DNA of 64,000 nucleotides from Anolis carolinensis. Lineage: Eukaryota. Shown one piece after another: positions 1-11,787 of this stretch. Position 1 is the first letter of the stretch; each line of letters begins with the position of its first letter. A program made the position numbers and the translations under genes. Location: positions 48,212,782 to 48,276,781 of the forward strand of contig NC_085842.1 of assembly GCF_035594765.1 (NCBI RefSeq). Direction: 5' to 3'. The notes under the pieces were generated by a model. The model was not told the origin of the DNA, ran no database searches, and saw nothing but the letters and a program-made list of their open reading frames with translations.

Positions 1-470
1 AGAGGGCCAACATGCCCAACAACAACACAAGTGAAGCCACGCTCCCAAAAAAGTGGCAAACTTGTAAAACATGATGTTTTGGTGCTTAATTTGTAAAATC
101 ATAACATAACGTGACATTTAATAGGCTTTTCCTTAATCCCTCCTTATTATCCAACATTTTTGCTTCTCCAACGTTCTGCTGGCCCGTTTATGTTGGATAA
201 GCGAGACTCTACTGTAGTACCAACTTGACTCATACCTAGTTTTAACTAGCTTTCTCAGAGTTATCCTCCCTAAATCCCAATTCTAATATGTAAAATATTT
301 TATATTTACACCACCTGATTAATTTAAATAAATACACTAAAATCGCTATGCAACTTAATGAAACCAGAATGGTACAGTGGTTTAAGTACTGTACTACAAC
401 TCTGGAGATCAGGGTTCAAATCCCCATTCAGCCATAGAAACTCACGAGGAGAGGTGGGTAACAAATAAAA

Positions 471-527
<57 letters not shown>
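471..527. repeat. (ATT)n microsatellite
   Basis: Direct reading. Confidence 0.97.
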
Positions 528-528
<1 letters not shown>

Positions 529-2299
529 CTCAATCTCAGAAGAAGCAATGGCAAACCCTTTTTGGACAAATATTCCATGATGCCAAGAACACCACTGTAA
601 TGGGGTAACACGTCAACACAGAAGAAGCTGAGAAAGTTTTCATGGACACATTTTCCTTATGTCTTGACAAGAACACACTGTGATAAGGTCACCTAAGGGC
701 TGCCATAAGTCAGAAATGACTTGAAGATACACAGCATCAACAAGACTTATTTCAAATATGACACTAGCCCAGGATTTGCTTGATATCATTGTTGCTCATT
801 TGACAGCCTGAATTTACTGTAGGGAAACAAATCATTATTTATTTTGTGCTGTCATTATGTCCTGGTTTATTCTCTGACATTCAGGAAAGGTATGAGACTT
901 TCCTCTGCTATATCATACCTCTAACCACTGTTATTGCCACTGATAAGATCTGCTATCACCACTGTTAAAATCTTCTGTCAATGTCTTTCTCCCACCATGC
1001 TCTTACTCCTGAGGCAAAGCTCCTTACAGAGTTCTTCATATTCTCTTCTGAAGAACAGATCTACAAACCTAGTCATTTTCTCTTCACACAAAACTCTGCA
1101 CTATTTATGATTAAGCAGAAAAGCACAAACTCCAGCATAAATCATGATGGAATCCCATTGCTTCTGTAATGGAAAAAGCTACATGGTTTATTTAACACTA
1201 TCCTTTTGCTTACTATTTTGCATCTTTCACATGTTTCTGCATCTTTTTTGTTTAGAGAGAGAAATGCATTTTTAAAGAGAAAGTTCACAGTATCCTAGAC
1301 AACCAATATGTTTATGAACTTTACAGTTAACAATCATTCTTCCTGCAAGCTTCCCTCCCTGTTTTTTTTAAAAGATATATTAGCTGAAACCAGAGACTGC
1401 AGCTGAATAGTTAGGCAATGCAAAGCATGAAAGTGGGGGAAATGCCTGGTTTTTATGGAGATTTGTAGGCATTCAATGATAAGTTGAAACAGAATATGCA
1501 CACGTGAAAGTTGTCCTGCAAAACCTCAGTTGACTTATACATGGGTCAATATACAGGCGTTCCAAGGGTTACAAATAAGACAGGTTCTGTAGGTTTGTTA
1601 TTGCTGAATTTGTAAGCCGGAAAGAGTAAGTGTTACGTGTAACTCCAACAAAATATCTTTTAGATTTAGATAGCATAGGAAAGGGTTAACACCTTTGTGG
1701 GGTTTGCTTTGCTCTCCGTGCCCCTGTTCAGAAGATTTTACCTCAATTTCTGTCCCTGTGATAATTAGATTTTGAAAAATTTGGCTTGTTGTAGAAACAA
1801 GGATGGGTAAGAAAGCTTCAGTAGAGAACCTTTTCCTCATAATAACTCTTTCAGAAGTGAATTTCCCTTTCTAGTGGTAGATTTCATCTCACTTCCTGTT
1901 GTCTCATCCCCATTTGTAACTAGGAGTCACATATAACTTGGATGTCTGTAACTCAGGGATTGCCTGCACCAGAATAGGGACCCAGTGCAAAGGTGAGGGG
2001 GAGGCGAGAAGTACTTCCACCTCATTGCTCTTCCCTTGCCCAACCTGGGGGAACACAGGCAGCCCTCCTTCCCTTCTGATCTTCTTTCTTGTTCTGCAAA
2101 AATGTTGGGGAGCTGTTTTGTGTGCTTGAGAAAGAGCAATGGGCAGTGCCCATTTAAATAAAGGATTAAGTGTTCACATGGCATCCCAATTTTAGGAGGT
2201 AGGGGCAGAGATGTAAACTTGAAAATAATCAAAACCACAAGTTTTGTGAGACCTATGAATGTGGAGAGCCAACTGTAATAATGATAATGATTAATAGTA

Positions 2300-2952
2300 A
2301 ACTACTCTGGGACTTCCGAATTAAGACTGACAAGAGTTTTGGAGCACAATACTCCTGACCTCTCAATCATGAAAAAAAACAAAGTATGGATCGTCAATGG
2401 ATCCCAGGCAACAGCAGAATTGAGGAGAAGCAACTGGAAAAGCTTACACAATATGAGGATTTAAAGATAGAACTGCAAAGACTCTGGCACAAGCCAGTAA
2501 CGGTGGTCCCAGTGGTGATTGGCACAGTGGGTGCAGTGCCTAAAGACCTTGGCCTGCACTTGGAAACAATTGGCGCTGACAAAATTACCATCTGTCAGCT
2601 ACTCGGATCTGCACGCATTATTCACCAATACATCACACAGTCCTAGACACTTGGGAAGTGACCAACATGTGATTGAATACAAAAGCCAGCATAGTGAACT
2701 TGTTTGCTGTGTACTATTTTTGTTGTGTATCAAATAATGATGATGATGATGATGATGATATATCAATTGGTGCTGACAAAATTACCATCTGTCAACTGCA
2801 AAAGGCCACCCTACTCAGATCTGCACGCATTATTCACCAATAAATCGCACAGTCGTAGACACGTGTGATTGAATGCAAACGCCAGCATAGTGATCTTCTT
2901 TGCTGTGTACTACTCTTGTTGTGTATCAAATAATAATAATAATAATAATAAT
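2300..2952 (+). mobile_element. R4/Dong-like non-LTR 3' end with restriction-like endonuclease remnant; 3' end present twice
   Basis: NTPDL...IPGNSRIEEKQLEKLTQYEDLKIELQRLW..VVPVVIGTVG resembles the RLE C-terminus; copies end in (TGA)n at ~2760 and (TAA)n at ~2952. Confidence 0.8.
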
Positions 2953-2989
2953 GCTGATATATCAATGATTTAAAAATATCCTTACATAC

Positions 2990-3141
2990 CTGAAGACATT
3001 TGAAAACTCCTGATTTCTGATTTCCAAAGCCATAGGTACAAGGAGAACACAAAGAGCTCTCTTTGTTCTCCTCATACAGAGTCTGCTCTATTTCCCAATC
3101 AAATTCTTCCTCTTCTTCTACGTCCTCATCATTTTCAGCAC
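2990..3141 (-). CDS. SHQ1: SHQ1 coding exon 4 (gene continues beyond the left edge of the window)
   Basis: (G)[50 protein letters not shown] contains the conserved [10 protein letters not shown] and YGFGN motifs; acceptor tttgattcag|, donor CAG|GTATGT. Confidence 0.93.
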
Positions 3142-3624
3142 CTGAATCAAAGACGGGCATTAAAAAAACAACTAGTCTTCCTACTAGAAAATTCTCTACA
3201 TTTAAGAGAACAATTCATGCAGGAAATCAAATTAAGCTTTCAATAAAAACCGTATGTAGATACCTAACAGCACATTGTAGTAGAAGAACTAGAATTATGC
3301 TGGTTCTACAGTTTCTGGATCATCTAACATCTGCACACATTAGAAGTCCTTCTGTAAACAGTTGGCCTATATCCACGGAGTCTGCATCCACTAATTCTAT
3401 TATCCATGGCTTGAAAATATATATTCCCAAGGAAGCAAACCCCAGCAGATACCAAAGGCCCACTGTGCAGGTGTATGAAAAAAGTATATGAATGAACATG
3501 ATACTTTTTAAAAAAAAATCTTAAGATTCTATAAAAGATATGGTTTTATAGAAAAATCAAGACAGAAACAAATACTGCATTGAATAATACTGGACAAAAG
3601 TCACCATTATTACACAGCCAATAC

Positions 3625-4310
3625 AGAATCATAGAAAGGCTGAGTTGGAAGGAACCACAAGGGCAATCTAGTCCAACCTCCTGCCATGTTGGAATAAACA
3701 ACTGAAGCACTCTTGAGAGTTGGCCATCCAATTTCTATTTAAAGACCTCCAAAGAAATACTGTTCAAGAAGGTCTTCATAATGTTTAGGTGGAATCTTTT
3801 TTCTTGTAGTTGGGATTCACTGGATTCTGTTGCAAGCTTCCTCCATCTCCTGTATTATATCCCTTCAGATATTTAAAAATGCTTTCTCCAAGCTAAACCC
3901 AGCTCCTTTAGTCTTTCTTGTAAGGCTGTTTCTAGACTTTTGATCACCTCGGTTGCCCTTCTCTGGACCTGCTGGGTCAGCTTGTTAATTAACAGCTTGT
4001 TAATACCCAAAACAGGGCTCAATGTTCTAGGTGAGGTCTGACCAAAGAAGAAATGAGTGACATAATACTTCTGTTGACTTCCCCTAAAATCAGAATGGCT
4101 TCTTTGTCCAATGCACCAGACAGCTGATTTATTTATTTTATACTCCACCTTTCTCCCAGGATGAAGATTGCCTGTGATCTACTAAGAATCCTAATCCTTT
4201 TCACATGTGCTGCTTTCATGACAATAGTCACTCATCCTATATTGGAGCATATCATTTCTGCTGGTTTAAATTTGGAACCATAAACTTATCCCTGTTGAAA
4301 TGAATGCTAT
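3625..4310 (-). mobile_element. CR1 LINE 3' fragment, degenerate
   Basis: agaatcataga tail signature and QVQRRAT..IKSLE..LKELG remnant. Confidence 0.75.
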
Positions 4311-4352
4311 ATGAAACTACAAAAACTGGTTTTTATTTAAAAGTGTACAAAC

Positions 4353-4475
4353 CCATCTCCTCTATTAAAGGTTTTGTTGAACTGGATTTCTTTGGTGCAA
4401 GTAGAGCCGTCAACATGTCTAACCCATCAAACTTCTCTCCAGGAGTCTCCTTGGGAAGCCGTATTGTAAATATCC
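4353..4475 (-). CDS. SHQ1: SHQ1 coding exon 3
   Basis: (G)[40 protein letters not shown]; acceptor tttttattcaag|, donor G|GTTTGT; 123 nt, phase 1/1. Confidence 0.93.
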
Positions 4476-5260
4476 CTTGAATAAAAAGAATTATTTTTAG
4501 TGAAGATATTTCATGATCTAAGGACAAGCCATTTTCATATTCTAGTAAGCTGTCAATGTTTCAAAAAGTAAGAGCAAGCCACACTATGTTAACAATCCAG
4601 GGGCAGGCATGCAAGTCAGATTTCCCCAAGCATTAATGCTTTCACAAAGAAATCAGCAAATCAAAACAGAGGGAATGCAAGCTCCTAAGTATCTGCTGTA
4701 ATGTGCAAAAGAAGAATTCATGTATCCCTCAAGTGGAAAGATGCAGAAGTCATTTCCACACACAGAGTTCATATATCTCATGAAGTTTTCCCTCCTAAAT
4801 ATAACAAAAGCATAAATTATTTATGCTTTTCTCTCTGCATTTCCCATATTGAGAGAAATCACCCTAACTTAAATACATCTTCCAAATAACTTACTGGATC
4901 AATCTTCCTCAAATATGCAGTTTGGAGGGGAAATGGCGTAGATTAGGAGGGATGTAATACAGAAGCATTCTTCTTAAATTCCTAATCTGTCAGACAACAT
5001 GTTCCAATAGATAAGACTGTGTTTTAAGCTATCTGAGTGAAACATGGGAACTATCCTCTTCCTCCGCCAAGTGAACATAAAGCATTTTAAGTATGTTTCA
5101 CATATCAGTGAAGAGAGATGTTTCAAAGCAAACTACATCTAACAGGAAGTATATCAAGCCATATTTAATGGGAGCTGAAGCAAATTTATACAGCCGCAGT
5201 ATGACACATCAGAATGGGGTGAACAGCACTGCAAAATACAGTTTTAAAAGCACATAAAAC

Positions 5261-5322
5261 CTGAGTCATCGTATGTTGCTTTCTCTCTTCCATCTTCGAT
5301 AATCCTTCCAGGAAGAACCAAT
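5261..5322 (-). CDS. SHQ1: SHQ1 coding exon 2
   Basis: Acceptor ttttttttgcag|; reads (R)LVLPGRIIEDGREKATYDDS(G), similar to human [22 protein letters not shown]; donor CAG|GTTTTA (weak); phases 2/1 fit the neighbouring exons. Confidence 0.88.
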
Positions 5323-5729
5323 CTGCAAAAAAAAAAGATAAATAGTTATTCTATCATCATGTATCTGGTAAAAACAAAAAAAACAAACCAAATTGCATAT
5401 ACAATATAATGGGAAAGGTTCCAAATTACCAAGTTGTGCAACTCGAGACGTGGCCAACACAGTAGGAATTAAAACAGAAATGGGCAGAGAATATGACATT
5501 AGATTACCCAGAGATAGTTTCCACAGCTGACTCAGGAACATCACAAACTGAAGACCCATCAACTATGAATTCCTGACCAGTTTTTCTTCCACTTTACCAG
5601 CAGTTAAGCAACACTAACTATCCATAAGACTTGCTAAGCATGAGTGCCAACAAAACCTGCTGTAATAATGAAAGCAGCATGCCAAAGGGCACCCAGTTAT
5701 ATTGTAGATACTAGTGTGCTGCTAGCTCT

Positions 5730-6545
5730 ACAACTTGTATAAGCTGCCCTTGAAGACGTCCCGGAAACTACAACTGGTCCAGCTTTCGGCAGCCAGATTA
5801 TTAACTGGAGAGAATTACAGGGAGCGGTCTACCCCTGTTCAAGGAGCTTCATTGGCTGCCATTTATTTTCCGAGCCCAGTTCAAGGTGCAGGTTATTACC
5901 TATAAAGCCCTAAACAGTTTGGAACTCACCTACCTTCGAGACCGCATTTCCCCCTATGAACCTGCACGGTTTCTTCGATCATCGGGGGAGGCCTTCCTCT
6001 TGCTCCCACCACCTTCAGAATCGCGGTTGGTGGGGACGAGGGAGAGGGCGTTCTCCATGGTGGCCCCCCAGCTCTAGAACTCACTCCCTAGGGAGATTAG
6101 GCAAGCCCCTATCCTTCTAATCTTTAGGAAGACCCTAAAAACTTGGTTCTTCCAACAGGCCTTTGGTGAATGATCCTCATCCTCATGTTAGGGCTCGCCC
6201 TGGTGATCATTAATATATCTGTTGCACTTTATTCTACTCCTTCAGTCAGAAATAGTTCCCATGCTTACCTCATCCCTGTGATAAGATTCACAGGTTATCT
6301 AATTCATTTTAGTTTACATTCCTCACTGTATGCACTTTATGGCTCAGTCATTTTTATGCACTTTCATGTTTTTACCCAATTCATGTTTATTTTTGGTATG
6401 TTTTTACTATGTTTCATTGATCTGTTTTTACTTCGATGTGTTTTATTACAATGACTGTAACTACTTGGGCTTGACCCTGTGTAAGCCGCCTCGAGTCCCT
6501 TTGGGGAGATGGAGGCGGGGTATAAAAATAAAGTTATTATTATTG
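5730..6545 (+). mobile_element. L2 LINE 3' fragment
   Basis: KLQLVQ..AARLLTG / LHWLP / FKVQVITYKAL...LRSS ORF2 C-terminus; 3' end tgtaagccgcctcgagtccc...(tat)n. Confidence 0.85.
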
Positions 6546-7502
6546 TATAATAGAGCTGAGTGAAAGCTGTACATAAACAAAGTATATTTTGTAATGACCA
6601 TCCACAGAAATTCCTAGCTGTCAACAGTAAGAAAACACTTGGTAAATTCAAACAAAATGAAGTACAACAGTGAATGTTGGGCTCATGTGTTCTTCTTTAA
6701 GTCTTCATGTACAAGAAGAAATCAGAAATGTCTATTTATGGCTGACAACAAATTACAGCTTCCAAATTGTTTTCAAATATGAGATAGTATTGTTTGTATA
6801 ATCCACAACATCAAACTCAAGGACCGCAGGCCAAATCTGGCCTGTCATTTCATTGCTAGATGCTGTACTACTACTTCTGTATTCCTCATCATTAGACCTC
6901 ACGACTAAAGCTAATGGGAGTTGTGATACAATAACATCTGGAAGGCTGCTTTTTGTTTTATTTGGTCAGGATAGTGGGGTTTGAATTTAGATACACGCCT
7001 CGTGAATAGGATGTCTGACTTAAAAAATGTCATTTTACCTTTTCCCAACCTCAGAGCCATAAGCGCTGTTGGGGTGAAGTTCCCATTATCCACAGTCTGT
7101 ATGGCAAGTAAGCAAAAGTGATGTGAGTTGTTGTTCAATAACATCTGGGGACTCGAACTGAGGTTTCCCTCTGTATCCATGGATTCTCCTTCCATAGATT
7201 TAATGGCTCTTTGAAGGCAACCATTAGGATGATGCGGCTCTCGATGAAAATGAGTTTGACACCGCTGGTACAACCCATACCTTTTTAATAAACCAGGGTT
7301 GATTTCCAATGCTTGCTGCATTTCATTCAAGTAAACACCACAGACCATTGTTACATCTGAGTTTAGTTCATGTGTGATGGAGTCTATCATTTATTATGGA
7401 TTTTCTGTCATGGATCTGCATGAAAAACTCATTCCTAGAAATGCATATTAATGTACCAGACAAGACAGTAAAAACTGAATTTGACCAAGTGATATTACAT
7501 AC

Positions 7503-7645
7503 CTGAGAAAGTAAGGTTTTGCATAAAATTTGAACTCTGTTCCTTCAAAATAGACATCAAACTCTGAAACTCGTGCATATGGTACTCTGATCATTATGGT
7601 AAGAAAATCAGGATCTTGACTCAGCTCAAATGCCGGTGTTATCAT
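7503..7645 (-). CDS. SHQ1: SHQ1 (H/ACA RNP assembly factor), first coding exon, CS domain N-terminus
   Basis: Translates [48 protein letters not shown], nearly identical to the SHQ1 N-terminus as recalled; ATG at 7645-7643; donor CAG|GTATGT after 7503 (143 nt, phase 2). Confidence 0.96.
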
Positions 7646-8442
7646 GTTGAATATTCTTGGAAAATCAGCAACACCTCTTGAAAAACTGTGTCATGGAAAT
7701 AAAAGATCATCTCAGAACATGTAAATAAGTATCAATGGCAATGAACATCTCAATGTGATAACAATGTTTGTCTAAGTAAAGCCTAAGATGATTAACTGGT
7801 GCCTCAGTTTGATCAGGAAATTTAATTTGAGGAGTTGAGATTAAAACCAGGATTTTTGAATTATTCCAAAGGTCAATTTGTTTCTGGAGCATTATTATCT
7901 TGGGATATTAATAAGGTATGCTATTATTCCACCTTTATTCTGCCATGGTATTCAAGGGAAGTTTTATTTCATCCAAGCTCTCAGAAATCATGAACAAAGA
8001 AACCCTCATCACAGCCTACAGTACCATCACCAACCTCACTGATCCAAACTCCCTCTTCTGCATAATTTGTTAATTCCCAGCAGGAAAAAAGAAATGAAGG
8101 GGAATGGCAAATACAGTAATATGCAGCAATGCTTCACCTGACCAAAATTTTATTGCTGAAACTTTATGGCATTGAATTTTTGCTGCAGTTTGGACAGGTT
8201 GCTTACCTGTAACCGTGTTTCTTCGAGTGTACTCTGTGAATTCACACTAATGGAGAGACTGCGCCTGTGCGGGCTCCAACGGAAACTCTTCCCAAGCTGA
8301 AGTTTTAAATTTTGGCGGTAGCCACGCCCCCCATCCCCGGAGGGCATATAAGGCAGCCCTGGGCATCCGCTCTCCAGTTCCTGCGCCGCCAAGGCAACGA
8401 GAAAGGAAGAGGGTTTGCCAGAGGGGAAGGAAGGGCGGGTTT

Positions 8443-8537
8443 GTGTGAATTCACAGAGTACACTCGAAGAAACACGGTTACAGGTAAGCAACCTGTCCTT
8501 TTTCTTCGTGTACTCTGTGAATGCACACTAATGGAGA
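8443..8537. repeat. DIRS internal complementary region (ICR)
   Basis: 8443-8498 is the exact reverse complement of 8192-8247; 8499-8537 is a variant copy complementary to the expected outer end of the left ITR. Confidence 0.93.
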
Positions 8538-8931
8538 CTAGCACGCTTAGGTCCCGGATGGTGGGACAAGGCAAACCTTGACAACAAGTTGATGTCCAAA
8601 CACATCTTTATTAATCACAAATAACATGGTCCGAAGGAACCATAGAAGTAAACACAAGCATAACGCCGAGAAGGAACTCGGTAGGTCATGGAATAAACAA
8701 TTTCAAATAAGAGTGAGCGAGTACAGAGCATCATTCCCGATGGGGAGAGAGGCAATAGTACATAAGGCACAATTGTTTGAGAGAAAAACAGTGCAAACGT
8801 GAACATAGAAGCAGCATAACGAGATGACCAAACATAGGGGCATCTACAGCGAAAAGACCCACGAGGAGGAGCCTCTAGGGGGTCGTGTGGAAGGTAAGTT
8901 CTGAGGGGTAAAAGTAAGGAGTCAGAGAACC

Positions 8932-11787
8932 TCAGGACAGACAGGATGATAAGACCGATCTAGCGAAGGCTGAGTCTTTCAAGGCTTTTTGGTCTATCTT
9001 GTAGTGAGACACGAAAGTAAGGGGGTTAGACCAAATTGCTGCCTTACAAATAGAGTCCAGGGGAATGCCCCTTAGAAAGGCAGTTGACGTGGAAAGGCCT
9101 CTCGTCGAACGCGGACGGACGGACGGACGGGGGAGGTGGACGCTTGGCCAGTTCGTAAGCCAGTTCAATAGCCTGTGCAATCCAATGAGACAACCTTTGC
9201 GAGGAAATAGGATTGCCCAGTTTATCTGGGGCATGGGCTATAAAGAGTCTCTGAGTCTTTCGAATGTCCTTCGTACGGTCACAATAGAAGAGAAGTGCCC
9301 TATGCACGTCGAGGAGATGTAGTCTCCGTTCAAGGGGAGACGAGGGGTTTGGAAAGAAAGCAGGAAGAACAATGTCCTGGTTGAGGTGGAAGGCTGAGAC
9401 CACCTTGGGAAGGAAGGTGATGTCCGGGCGGAGAATGGCTCGGTCATGGTGGAAACGGAGATAAGGTTCATCGACCCTAAGGGCCGCCAGTTCTGAGGGC
9501 CTGCGAGCCGAAGTTATAGCCACCAAGAAGGCTACTTTCCACGAGAGAAGACGTAGGTCGGTCGAGGCTAGAGGTTCGAAGGGAGAGGAAGTGAGCTGGG
9601 AAAGTACGAGCTCGAGGTTCCAGCCCGGCGTAGGCGGCTGGGACGCGGACAGATATTGTTGTATCCTTTCAAGAAGGTTTTGACAAGGTGATCAGAGAAT
9701 AAGGATGGTTTACCATGTTGCTGGAAACACCACGAAAGAGCGGCCAAGTAAGATTTCATAGAGGCAAGAGAAAGCTTTTGGTCTGCAAGAGTCATAAGAA
9801 AGTCCAACACTATCGGTATCGAGGTCAGGAAGGCAGCAATTCCTCGGGACCGAAGAAAGGCGCGGAAGCGGGAGATTTTATAAGTGTATGATCTGGTTGT
9901 AGCCGGCTTGTGAGCTGCGCGGAGAACCTCCTGAAGGTTTTGCGGGAGGGAGGTTAGGCGAGAATTCTCCATGCAGTGAGATGTAGAGAGGGGAGATCCG
10001 GGTGCAGGATCTGGCCGTTTTCTCTGGACAAGAGGTGTGGCAGAAGAGGCAGAGTGAAAAAGGTCCCTCTGGAGAGGTGAAGAAGGGCTGGGTACCAAGG
10101 CTGTCGAGGCCAGGCCGGGGCTATCAGGATCGCCGACGTCGATATCGACCGGAGTTTCTGCAGGACCTTCGGTATCAGAGGGAAAGGCGGGAAGAGGTAG
10201 ATCGGTTTCGATGACCAGTCTAGAAGAAAAGCGTCTCCCAGGCAGCCTGGAAAGGAGGCCGGAGGAAGTCTCGCCCCGTATCGAGGTAGTTGTGCGTTCT
10301 GGGGAGAGGCAAAGAGGTCCAGGGTGGGGTATCCCCATTTGTGGAAGAGAGAAAGAAGAGTTTCGGGATCGAGCATCCACTCGTGGCAGGAACTCGTCAT
10401 CCTGCTGAGGGCATCTGCCAAGCTGTTTTGGATCCCGGGAAGATGAACTGCCAGGAGCTGTATATTGTGGGCTATGCACCAGGCCCACAGCTGAGAGGAG
10501 AGAAGCATCAGCTTCCTCGAACCCGTGCCGCCTTGTTTGTTGATGTAGAAGACTGCCACTGTGTTGTCTGATTGAACGAGGACAGTTTTTTGGTAGATCA
10601 GGCGGGAGAAGGCTTTCAGAGCCTTGAAGATGGCGAGAAGTTCCAGAAAGTTTATGTGATTGGTCCTCTCGGAACGAGACCAAAGACCTTGTACGGTGAG
10701 ACCGTCCATGTGGGCTCCCCAGCCGTAGTTGGAGGAGTCCGTGGTTATGGTAATCGAGGGGGGAGTCGGATGGAACGGGAGGCCCTTGCAAACATTGGAG
10801 AGGGACTTCCACCAGCAAAGCGACTGACGAACATGGAGCGGGATGGAGAGGAACCTCGAATTGAGGTGGCGGGATGGCTTGAAAACGTCTATAAACCATC
10901 TCTGCAGGGTCCGAAGGTGGAGCCTGGCAAACGGGGTCGTTAGAACTGTAGAGGCCATGTGGCCCATGAGTACCTGGATGGACCGGGCTCGAACTCTCCG
11001 ATTGTTTTCGCAGAGAGTGATTTGTTGGCGAAGAGCGAGAAACCTATCGAGCGGGAGAGAGACAGTTTGAGAGATTGAGTCGAACAAGGCGCCGATGAAG
11101 CGGATTTTGTTCGACGGAAAGAGGTGAGATTTGTCGGGATTTAGCTGGAGACCGAGAGAGTCTAGAAGACTGAGGGTGGTGTCCACGTGACGTCGGAGGA
11201 GGACAGGGTCGGACCCGACCAGAAGCCAATCGTCCAGATATGGAAAAACTGTGATTCCCTGGAGCCTGAGGTGGGCAGCGACCACAGCGACGACCTTGGT
11301 GAAAACCCTTGGGGCCGTAACGAGGCCGAAGGGTAAAACGGTGAACTGGTAGGTTTGGTCGAGGACCTTGAAGCAAAGGAAGCGTCTGTGGGTTTTCCGG
11401 ATCGCTACGTGGAAATAAGCGTCTCGTAAGTCTATGGACACGAAATAGTCTCCACGCTGAAGCATAGGAAGGATGGAGGCGATGGACACCATCCTGAACT
11501 TGGTTGGGCGTATGAAGGTATTGAGCACACGCAAGTCTAAGATGGGGCGGAGCCTCCCTCCCCTCTTCGGGACCGTGAAGTATCTGGAGAAGAAGCTTTG
11601 AGGGTCCTGTACCGATGGAGAAGGCTGAATAGCCCCTTTGGCGAGGAGGATGTCGATTTCGGCGAGAATCTCCTGAGAAGGGTTGGAGAGAAGGATCTGA
11701 CCCGTGGGCGGGAGCTCTTCGAACTCTAAGGCATAGCCCTCCCGAACAATTCGGAGAACCCAAGCATCCGAAGTAATAGACTCCCAT
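8932..11787 (-). pseudogene. DIRS1 tyrosine recombinase ORF, disrupted
   Basis: One frame from ATG 11787, with TAG at 11046-11044, a 1-bp frameshift near 9645 and a 4-bp (CCGT) expansion near 9112-9130. Repaired it reads WNLELVL...PFEPL...AITSARRPSEL...RSTR...W...TFVSHY; the catalytic HxxR reads RSTR. Confidence 0.9.

Noticed and set aside
324-611. Poly-Asn ORF
   Set aside because: Translation of the (ATT)n microsatellite.
1-2290. SHQ1 exon 5
   Set aside because: No DVIDIKDPD/KFDPDHY-like peptide found on the minus strand; presumably left of the window.
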